Below, piece after piece: positions 53,942 to 64,000 of a DNA stretch of 64,000 nt. Numbering within the stretch: position 1 is the stretch's first letter; each line of letters opens with the position of its first letter. The notes below the pieces were generated by a model. That model did no database searches and had not been told where the DNA came from. It worked only from the letters and a program-made list of their open reading frames with translations. The stretch is from Octopus sinensis (lineage: Eukaryota), in NCBI RefSeq assembly GCF_006345805.1, contig NC_042998.1, positions 62,682,001 to 62,746,000 on the forward strand, given 5' to 3'. Position numbers and translations under genes: made by a program.

Positions 53942-54732
53942 TAGTTGTGAAATAATATCATCAATACAATAGATTATCAAAAACCATTATAATAAAATAT
54001 ATTGTCATAATCTTCAGATTCGACTTGCTGAAGTTTTTGTTTTTTGTCTGCCGTCATTGTCAGTAATATTTCAAAGTCAGCGTTGGTAGTATAGTCTCCG
54101 TCGCTGTGGTAGTCGCCGTTAACACCACCGTCACCACGGCCGACGCCGTCGCCATCTTCGTTTTTGTTGTTGCCTGTATTTCTCTCTTTGTTTTACAATA
54201 AATATCGCTTAAAGAGCTGACTGATCAGAGAAAACGACGAGACAGTTACTAGCGGCTACTTATTTCATAGTTTCAAAGTCTAGTTAAAAGATGTCCCCTG
54301 CGGCTGTTTTTCACCTCACATTTTTTTTATATTTTCTACTGAATTATGTATTCCAACGAACTTTTACTGAACATTAAAGTAAAAACAAAGGAAATTAAGA
54401 AATATTCATTGAGACAATCATATTTATTGAAAATATTCTTAAATAGTTTCTACTACAGTTAATGTTGTTTCACCTTGAAGATATCACTCAACCAGATGAT
54501 AAAGGTGATGTTTACTTCATACCTTCTTACGACGATGCTATTCATGACAAATACCGACGAATAGAGAACAATAATGGAATGTCGATGAAATGGCATTCAT
54601 GGATAGCAAACTGACTTTCCTCGTCTGCGGCGCAACATTTTCGAAAGAGATATATCACACATGAACATAACAGTAGCGTATGGTGTCCTGCCACACCCAA
54701 TGCCACCAAATTTCAAATTTACTCTGTCTTAC

Positions 54733-54885
54733 TCTTTTACTTATTTCAGTCATTTGACTGTGGCTATGCTGGATCACCGGCTTTTAGTCGAGCAAATTGA
54801 CCCCAGGACTTATTCTTTGTAAGCCTAGTACTTACTCTATCGGTCTCTTTTGCTGAACCGCTAAGTTACGGGGACGTAAACACAT
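54733..54885 (-). mobile_element. SINE family A tail
   Basis: tttcagtcatttgactg...ccgctaagttacggggacgtaaac. Confidence 0.75.
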
Positions 54886-55680
54886 TAGCATAACTCCTAC
54901 GCCTAAAAGTTTTCGATTAAAATTTGGGATTAAATTAATGAGCAAGGTTAATATTTATAAGGAATTTGTCATTTTATCTGGGTGTGGAGCGTACACCGAA
55001 CACACCCGGAATATACGCCCCTGGACCATAACTATATTCAGCCGCCACCTTGTGGAAAATAAAGACAATTGTAGGAGCTAGCAGAATTGTTAGCGCGTCG
55101 GACAAAATGCTTATCGCATTTCTTCTGGCTTTATACGTTCTGAGTTTCGTATTAAGGCAATTGCCCACCTAGGAGAATTATCCCACATAGGATAATTAGA
55201 CTCCTGAGTTTAATTACAGCTGAGACCGACTTTGGCTTTCCTCGTTTTGGGGTCGATAAAATAAGGTATCGGTCGAATACTTCATTTTATCAGCTAGCCC
55301 ATCTCCTTAAATTGTGCTAAAATTTGAAATCATTGTTATTACTACGCTAGTACATGCTAATTTAGTTAGCAGGAATTTTATCTCGAGGTTTGGTGAAAAC
55401 AAGTCTCCTCAACTCTCTAGAATCTTTCTTAGGATTCTCTGCAGGTTAACAATGCTAGTTTCAATCCCGATCTCTTTCAGTCTTTTAGGCAATATTTTGG
55501 ATGTTGTGCCAAGTGCACCATTTACTACGGGAATAATTGTTGTCATGCTCTTCGACAGTCTCCTTAGTTCTCTAGCTAAATCCCAATATTTCTCAGTCTT
55601 TTCAGTTTCTTTGTTATCAGCTCTGCTATCATAGAGAATTGCTAAAGAGAAGTTCGAGTTGAACCAGGAGAGAGTGAGAG

Positions 55681-55687
<7 letters not shown>

Positions 55688-55775
<88 letters not shown>
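55688..55775. repeat. (TATC)n microsatellite
   Basis: Direct inspection. Confidence 0.95.
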
Positions 55776-55777
<2 letters not shown>

Positions 55778-56731
55778 ATCTGTCTTTGTCTATCTATCTA
55801 TCCACACACATATGACAGACTCTAGTCGAACACGACGCATGAGCATTTGGCGAGAAGACAGAAAAAATCCAGCCAAATTGACAATCAATAATACCGTCAC
55901 ATCACAATGACTCACAATTCATTCACTTCAGCTTCATGTCAGTCCTCTGGCCACCAAAAACAATATGGATAGGAGCATACTCATCCCTCAATAAACCAGC
56001 GCATGATCTAGCTGAGAAATTACAATGCGGACAGAAGGGATGTGCGGGAAGGCTGTAGTTCTCTTGGTTTATTCCCTATTTTCCTGTACCTGCTTTTAGT
56101 GGTAAGAGATTCCCAAGACAGCTGAAGAGCAGAAGGTCTTCGGAGAAGAAAACAATTCAGGCAACTATTTCGGTCTTTAACTTCTTATGCTTTAAGGCGA
56201 GTGAGTGGTGCGCATCCAGGTCATGATTCCAGGGTGCTCTTTTGCCGACACTTTGTAGCCTCTTTGATATCGGAGGCTCGTGCATCTAAACCACTTCGAT
56301 ATTTCATCTAATCGCAACTCCTCTCCGTTGATTCAGCTTTCAAACTTAAGGAATAACGTTGGTTGTTATGGTAGCGATCACTGGAAATATCAAGAAACCA
56401 AGCTGCCAACATTTATTGTGTTGGCTATTACTAGTGTTAAGAAACCCCCTTAAAAAACTCAACAGTAGAAGGTCTTCAAACAAAAAATCGCCATAAGGCA
56501 AGTATTTCAGCTCTTAAACTCTTACACTCGAAGTGGGCCAGGTTTCCTGGGCGCCCTTCTGCTGACATTTTGCTGTCTCTTCGATATCGGAGACTTGTGC
56601 ATTTAAACTGTTTTGATATTTCATCTAGTCGCAACTCCACTCCGTTGACTCAGCTTTCAGACAAACACTTAAAGAAGAAACGTTGGTTGTCATGGTAGCA
56701 GGGAAACGTTAACGCTATCACAGTGACTCAC

Positions 56732-57004
56732 TGAGAGTCACTTCATTAGCGTTAGAATACAAAAATATTTCCTTCAAATGGTATGCAAATTGTGCTTGTT
56801 CCTCCTCGACCAGAAATTCAGCTGGAACATCTCTCATATTGCCTTTAGGGATCTGGTCCTGTTTTTTCTCCACAAAACTGAGGGTTATTTCCTTCGTCGT
56901 AACTAGATTTGTCAATAAATCTTCTGGCTCCAAATGGCGATAACCTTGACCTTGAAGTTTGTTACAGTAGTGGAAAGGCTCGTAATGCGTCATGGTGTTG
57001 TGTA
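56732..57004 (-). CDS. Candidate internal coding exon (273 bp, phase 1-1), protein unidentified
   Basis: Stop-free non-repetitive frame, ttatag acceptor and strong gtgagt donor; polypyrimidine tract is weak. Confidence 0.3.
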
Positions 57005-57016
57005 CTATAACGTGAA

Positions 57017-57300
57017 TGCGCGTGGCTTGGTGGTTAGAGTGTAATGCTCACGATTACGAGGTCGTGGTTTCCATCTCCGAATCGGGCGGTGCGTTGCATT
57101 TTTGAGCAAAACGCTTAATTTCACTTTGTTCTGTGATCACACCCACGTCTGACGTGTGGCACGCTGTGCACCTGTACAGGTAATGTCGATTTGATGGAGA
57201 TAGGGAACTAATGTGTAGCATTAACATTTGATCATTGTAAACAAATCTTGCGCTCAGGTTGAACATCAATAGCAGAACCCTCATCTGTGGCTTACGACGG
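57017..57300 (+). mobile_element. tRNA-headed SINE
   Basis: gcgcgtggcttggtggttagagtg head. Confidence 0.7.
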
Positions 57301-57314
57301 AAGTTCTACTAGAA

Positions 57315-58582
57315 TCAGGTCATCCCATAAGTTCTGTCCGATTTTAATTTTTTAAAATTGAATGAAACATGAAATTTAATAGTATTTTAGAATGTCTAAT
57401 GGAATTTAAAATTATTTTTATGCATTTGTGTACATTTAAACTAATTAAATAATATTTTATAGAATAATAGAATTAAAATTTCTTTAATTAAAACCCTTTC
57501 TAACATAGAAGTATCCAAAGAGCATTTGAGGCACATAATAATTTATGAGTACAGAAAAGGAAACTCTGCAGCCGAAGCGATTCGAAACATACACGCAGTT
57601 TATGGGAAAGAATGCTTGAATGACAGAACTTGCAGAATATGATTTGCAAAATTCAGAAGTAGAAATTTCAGCCTTGAAGATGGAGATCGAACAGGACGTC
57701 CAGTTGAGTTTGATGATAAACTCCTTAAGGCATTACTTGAAGAAAACCCTGCATTATCAGTTGAAGAATTGGCAATAAAGCTTAGTTCAAACCATACGAC
57801 TGTTCATCGTCATCTTCAACATCTTTGAAAGGTTCCTAAATTGGAAATTGGGTGCCTCATGAATTGTCCGAAAGCAACCGCAAATCCCGCGTTGACATCT
57901 GCTCTTCACTCCATTCTCGCGAACTCGTTTCACCCTTTTTGGATAGAATTGTGACAGATGACGAAAAATGAATCTTCTATCGAAATGTTAAACGTCGTAA
58001 AAGGAAAACGCTCAACAATAACCGAGAAGGGAACTTCATAGGAAGAAGGTTCTTCTCTCTATCTGGTGGGATTGCAAAGGAGTAATTCATTTTGAATTGT
58101 TACCACCTAATGCAACAATCAATACTCAAGTCAGCAATTAGAGTTTTTGAACCAAGCTTTGAAGAAAAAAGACCCGCTTTAGTGATCAATAAGGAGTGAT
58201 GTTTCATCAGGACAATGCGCGACCACACACTGCAAAGATCACATCACAGAAGATCGAAGAGCTTGGGTGGGAAAAAATTCTACATCCACCTTATTCTCCC
58301 GACCTTGCTCCTTCAGAATACTATTTGTTTCGTAGTTTGCAGAATCATTTGGGGGAGATAACTTTCGCGAGCCAGGAGGAGGTCGAAACTAACATTTCAG
58401 AGTTCTTCGCTTTGAAACCAAAAGAGTTTTATATCGATGGGATTAAAAAGCTTGTAAATAGATGGAAGGAAGTCATAGATAATCAGGGAAACTACATTGA
58501 TGATCACATTTCAATTAAACATAACATTTGATGACTTGTTTTCTTTATTGAAAATTTGAACGGAAATTATGGTATGACCTGA
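57315..58582 (+). mobile_element. Full-length decayed mariner transposon (about 1.27 kb)
   Basis: Imperfect TIRs tcaggtcatcccataagttctgtccg and its inverse ending acctga, with TA on the right side. Confidence 0.9.
57505..58531 (+). pseudogene. Mariner D,D34D-type transposase pseudogene
   Basis: HTH region, WVPHEL, RIVTDDEK, HQDNARPH, YSPDLAPSEY. Start codon is mutated (ATA), with several stops and frameshifts. Confidence 0.92.
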
Positions 58583-59244
58583 TATAATGTAATATCTGAT
58601 TATTATTCTATATAACTGTGCTGCACTGTATTACCCAGCACCATAAACTAACGCCCCACATCGTTAACTACACCACATTACACGATATGTTTCTCTGCCT
58701 CTCACTGCATTACATCATTATGAAGTATACGATACCGCGACACACTATAATACTGCTGTATATTGCAACATTGAAAAGTCCCGGGCGGAGGGACATGAGT
58801 CGTCTAGCGATAGCGGTGGGAGCCACTCCGTCGTATCCCATCAATTCCCCCTATCGGCTTTTTTTATAGTCCTTGGCCTGAACAACCACCTCAGGTACCT
58901 ACATCTTAGCACCCATCAAGATGAAAATACTTAATCACTGGATATTGATCTACTCAGATACGAGTTAACGCCGCCGCCGACCACGGCAACACAATATGCT
59001 ACGAAGCTGCATTGTTCTACAGCACTATATCTCTAAACTATCCTATACTACACGGTATTACATCATGCTATTCCTCCACATATCTACACTAACGAACTAT
59101 AGTATACTGCTACACTATCACGGAACAAAATGGTACTACATTAAAAGAACTTTTACTATTTTGAATTACTACACCATGCACTATACACTATACTACTTTA
59201 CCAAACAATACTGTACTACAACATTACATTATTACATTGTACTG

Positions 59245-59656
59245 TACAACGGCGTTGAAAAGTTCCTGGCTTTAAGGGTATCACGAAGGGCTGGTTGGAG
59301 GTCCAACGTTCCGAGTTCTTTTACAGGGTTTAGAAAAACTGAAGGACTGCTGCAATAAGTGTGTGGATCTATGAAAGGAATATGTTGTATAAAATCATAA
59401 TTACTGCCCCTCCTGCATTTTGTTTTACCCAAAGCCAGGAACTTTTCAGCATCACTTGTATGTGTGTAGGGGGGACGGGACCGAAAGGCCTGGCTGGAGG
59501 TCCAATCTTCCGAGTTCTTTTACAGGGCTTAGAAAAACTGAAGGACCGCTGCAGAAAAACGTATGAGAAGGGAATATGTTGAATAAAATCACAATTAACT
59601 GCTGCTCCTACATTTCGTTTTACCCAAAGCCAGGAACTTGTTACCACTCCTTCGTA
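59245..59656 (+). mobile_element. Mariner-derived MITE (about 215 bp) plus partial tandem second copy
   Basis: TIRs ttgaaaagttcctggcttt / aaagccaggaacttttcag; interior retains the transposase C-terminal remnant LQGLEKLKDRC...EYVE. Confidence 0.75.
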
Positions 59657-60032
59657 CTACACTCGACCACTACATAATATTACTAAGCTACTATACAATT
59701 TTCAAGTTTGTTTCTGTAGATTTTCTATAGAGTTAGAGACAGCAGTTTCGTATTAAAATACGTCTATGTGAAAAAAAAACAAAAATGCTATCTGTGTTCG
59801 TTTACGAAACGTCGCAATTTGCAGTTCTAGCTTTGAATTCTATAGAAAATGTAAAGGGATAAACTTAAAAGCGAAAATATCGCACTGCTAACACACGGTA
59901 TGACACAATATTGTCTTGTAAACCTGTTAGTGTACTTGGTTGGCAAAGCGAAATACTTTTGTCTTGCCAACAGTTGACACTTCTTGTGCAACTGTATCAT
60001 TCTGCTCTACGCTACACGTCCACGCTAGATTA

Positions 60033-60077
<45 letters not shown>

Positions 60078-60116
60078 CACTACTACTACTACCATCTACT
60101 ACTACTACTACTACTA

Positions 60117-60155
<39 letters not shown>
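60033..60155. repeat. (TAC)n microsatellite
   Basis: Direct inspection. Confidence 0.95.
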
Positions 60156-60381
60156 CAATCCATACCCAACCAAAAAAAGACTACACTGTACTACAACCAC
60201 AGCAGATTATGCTACACATCCAGTGCATTACACAAGGCAGCTGGTACACTCCACTACGTCACACGGTTATAATGAATGGCTGTAAAACACTTAAAACTTC
60301 TGAAAAGTTCGCTGTCACACGTCAGCGTTTCTTACAGCTCTATTCTTAAAACACTTCTTTATAACATCATTATCGTCAATG

Positions 60382-60382
<1 letters not shown>

Positions 60383-60412
<30 letters not shown>

Positions 60413-60418
60413 GATCAC

Positions 60419-60482
<64 letters not shown>

Positions 60483-60492
60483 GTCATCATCA
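60383..60492. repeat. (CAT)n microsatellite
   Basis: Direct inspection. Confidence 0.95.
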
Positions 60493-61050
60493 TGTTCGTT
60501 ATCATCATGAACAACAACGACGTTAAGAAATACACCTGCAACACATCCGTCAAATTTAAACGAAACAAGAACCCCCCCCCCCAATAAAAAAGCAAAAAGA
60601 AAAAGCAAATATGCTTAAGAAAAACAATAACCCTTCGCAGAAACAACAAAACAGGATATTCCACAGTCGTATGAATAGATCAGTGAGTAAAAATGGAACT
60701 ATTTCTGGAGACGATTGGCAAGGAAGACCCATACTTGCGAACTTAATTCTGTGCTTTAACCAAGTAATTCCTTTATTTATTTATTTATTTATTATTATTA
60801 TTAGAATGTTTTTGCTTCCGATTTTGGTTTTGTCCTTTTTTTTTATTTAATGATGACTGGTGATTGTAAGAGGAAGAATATATTCATGAGAGGATTTGTT
60901 GGCTGAATGAACCAGAAGACCAATCAACAGGAACTGAGAGGGTGACTAAGATTGTGATATTTTGGTTGAAAAGAAGAAAAAGAAAAAAAAAAGAAAATGA
61001 AGGCTGAGAAGTTTTATAAAAGATAAACTCATGTCTTTTCATTTTTGACT

Positions 61051-61100
61051 TTCTTCTTCTTCTTCTTCTTCTTCTTCTTCTTCTTCTTCTTCTTCTTCTT

Positions 61101-61145
<45 letters not shown>

Positions 61146-61156
61146 ACTACTACTAC
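61051..61156. repeat. (CTT)n(ACT)n compound microsatellite
   Basis: Direct inspection. Confidence 0.95.
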
Positions 61157-62314
61157 TTCAGAATGGTGGAATAGACGATAATCAGAAGAGAGATATAAAA
61201 AAAATATAGATAGATAAAAAGAAAAAAGAAAAAAAGCCTTTAGTAAATAGATAAAGTGACGCAGAGGTAAAGATAAGAGCAACAAAAATATAATAGTATA
61301 TAAAAGAAAGCAATGGCTTCCCTAGGAGAACCGAACAAAAGGCTAACAAGGAACAATCAAGACAATGACAAAATATATATATAAAAAAAAAGAGCGCAAG
61401 AGAAAGTGAAAGTGAAAGAGGAAAGAAGACAAAACCATACAATAGTGTAACTGTGGCGGAAATGAAAGCTACAGGAGGAAAACAGGAAGAGTGACGAAGG
61501 ACATTTGTTACTTTTTGCATTATTTTTGGTTTTGTCATTTTTCGTCTCTTTCAGCACTGCAGAAGGAGAAGATATTTCAGAGCTTATTAAGGATATGTGA
61601 AAATGAAGATGAACATGAAACGGAATAATAAATAATTAATAAAATTAACAGAAGGCATCAATTTATAAATAAAAGAATAAATAAATAAATAAATAAATAA
61701 AGAGTGGATGCGTCTTTTTTCTTTTGCATTCTTTGAAGACAGGGAAAATAGGAGAACAGCAACAATAACAACAGCAAAGAAGCGGTGACTGTTTTAGAAA
61801 ACTTGAAACTTTATTCCCTATTTGTTTCCGAGTTCAGCTTAAACTGGTATCAGGCAAGAACCTGTGTGAGCAACGTCACATGGTTAGCGTTTCCGCCATG
61901 TTCTCATCACTTGAAAGAAGAAGGAAAAATTTGGAAATACTGAAAATCAGCGAAATACTTATTAACACTTATTTGGACGTTTTGTCCTAATGTTAAAGAT
62001 TAATGACCAACAGCATTCCGACTATGACCGTTCCGGTTTTACGAACATTTAAGGTTACAATATATAGTGTAGTTACATCTTTATATCTTTAGATTTGTAT
62101 GTGTACCTATATAAGTATATATATCACGAAATCATATCAGGGACCAGGTCGCGGTTGGTGTGAAGGGAATTTTGAGATAAAAAGAACAAATGTTTACGTG
62201 AAGTTGACATTCATTGCGTATTAGTTAATGGCTAATATGTATCATCCACGCTAGGGTTATTTATTTTCAACACACGGTGTCTGTGATCACATCGTTTGCA
62301 TATGTGTATGTATT

Positions 62315-62319
<5 letters not shown>

Positions 62320-62411
<92 letters not shown>

Positions 62412-62440
62412 ATGTGTGTGTGTGTTTGTATGTGTGTGTG
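62320..62440. repeat. (TA)n(TG)n microsatellite
   Basis: Direct inspection. Confidence 0.95.
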
Positions 62441-63168
62441 AAGGCGCGTGGCTTAGTGGTTAGGGCATTCGGCTCAAGGTCGTAAGGTCATGAGTTCAAT
62501 TCCTGGCGGCGCGTTGTGTCCTTGCGCAAGACACTTTATTTCATGTTGCTCCAGTCCATTCAGCTGGCAAAAATGAGTAGTACCTGTATTCCAAGGAGCC
62601 AACCTTGTCACGCTGAATCTCCCCGAGAACTACGTTAAAGGTACACGAGTCTGTGGAGTGCTCAGCCACTTGCACGTTAATTTCACGAGCAGGCTCTTCC
62701 GTTCATCGTATCAGCTGGGACCCTCGTCGTCGTAACTGATGGAGTGTTCCTACTCAGGTGGCGGCGCAATGGCCTAGTGGTTAGGGCAGCGGGCTCGCGG
62801 TCGTAGGATCGTGATTTCAATTCCCAGACCGGGCGTTAAGAGTATTTATTGAGTAAAAATTCTAAAGCTCCACAAGGCTCCGACAGGAAGTGGTGACGAA
62901 TCCTGCTGTAATCTTTCACCACAACTTCCTCTCACTCTTTCTTCAAGTTTCTGTTGTACCTGTATACCTATTTCTTTATTACCCACAAGGGGCTAAACAC
63001 AGAGGGGACAAACAAGGACAGACCAAAGGGCCAGCCTTGTCACATTCTGTGTCACGTTGAATCTCGCCGAGAACTACGTGTCTGTGAAGTGCTCAGCCAT
63101 TTGCACGTTAATTTCACGAGCAGGCTGATCAACTGGAACCCTCGTCGTCGTAACCGACGGAGTGCCAC
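62440..63168 (+). mobile_element. Two consecutive family B-type SINEs (62440-62748 and 62759-63168); the second is interrupted by a small SINE fragment
   Basis: Two tRNA-like heads and two gtcgtaac.ga.ggagtg tails. Confidence 0.8.
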
Positions 63169-63222
<54 letters not shown>

Positions 63223-64000
63223 GCAAATGATGTGATAAGAGGCACCGTGTGGGCGTGTGGATGTGTCTGTATGTGTGCTGATTTGAAGAAAAATAGTTGC
63301 TATTTTTAATAAGTGGAGTGACAACGTAGAGGTTCCTTCTTTAGTTTGTTTTCTTATTTGTATGTTTATAGATTTCCAACCTCTTTTATCGGGAAGCGGA
63401 TTCAGTGACCCTTTCCACCCAAGGCGGCCGCAGAATTCCATCTCACCGAACAGTGTTTATATCACGAAGCGATAGTCAGATATCTAGTTAGGTACTTTGT
63501 AATAAAATAAATAACAGCTGACATAACGTATCCAGAAGTGATTTGATTGAAGTTTCAGTAATTCCGTTTCCTCGGGATTATGTATATGATGTATATTATT
63601 GCGACGTATTTGAATTATCATTAACAAAAAAGAGGTCGTCTTGAAAAGTCTGTTTCTGTTTGATATGTTCAAACCTGGAAGTCATCCGATAGTTTGAGTG
63701 CTACACTTTCACAAGATTTGGAAATATAAATGTGCACTGGTAAGCTTTGGAAAACTGGTAGAGAAAAAGGGATGATAACTTATGGAACAAAACCATTATC
63801 GAAATGGTTAGGGAAAAACACTGATAATAACGCATCACCAACTGTACAAGTTTTATTGTGGCATAAATTGTTGAGTGCTGCAGTGCAAAGAACATCCCCT
63901 CCAGTGAGTCATGACCAAGTCTGATTGCTATAACTAGTTGAAAGTATTTCACTTATCTAACTCCATTTTACTCATCTCGTTTGTTCTCCACCCCTTCAGC

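Noticed and set aside
54455-54620. Protein-looking frame LMLFHLEDITQPDDKGDVYFIPSYDD...
   Set aside because: Short, unrecognised and unsupported by any second exon.
58770-58866. GC-rich hairpins followed by a T-run (small RNA or terminator look)
   Set aside because: It starts with a mariner-MITE TIR-like sequence (ttgaaaagtccc), has no Pol III boxes, and bacterial-type terminators are irrelevant here.

Overview
This is repeat-dominated animal genomic DNA, most likely from a coleoid cephalopod (Octopus). That assignment is an inference from the tRNA-headed SINE families and the very high density of (TA)n, (CA)n, (TATC)n and trinucleotide microsatellites. No intact protein-coding gene, rRNA, true tRNA gene or CRISPR array can be supported, and almost all ORFs in the supplied track are microsatellite read-throughs. 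Recognisable content: many tRNA-derived SINEs, decayed LINE fragments (CR1/L2-like, L1/Tx1-like, Jockey/CR1-like), several Penelope-like element (PLE) relics with GIY-YIG endonuclease, one full-length decayed mariner plus a mariner-derived MITE, foldback elements, a 100-N gap and two unidentified exon-like segments. The main signal is RNA structure. By hand I can fold about 17 type I hammerhead-ribozyme (HHR) motifs: 7 have an intact CUGANGA/GAAA/UH core and the rest are variant or decayed. Three of the intact ones sit in a near-perfect, highly structured head-to-tail array of about 490 bp units (30378-31696, minus strand) with retrozyme-like architecture, predicted to release 490/495-nt monomers. 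All folds are manual and untested. PLE-associated HHRs and metazoan retrozymes are known classes, so novelty of these particular families needs a database search.
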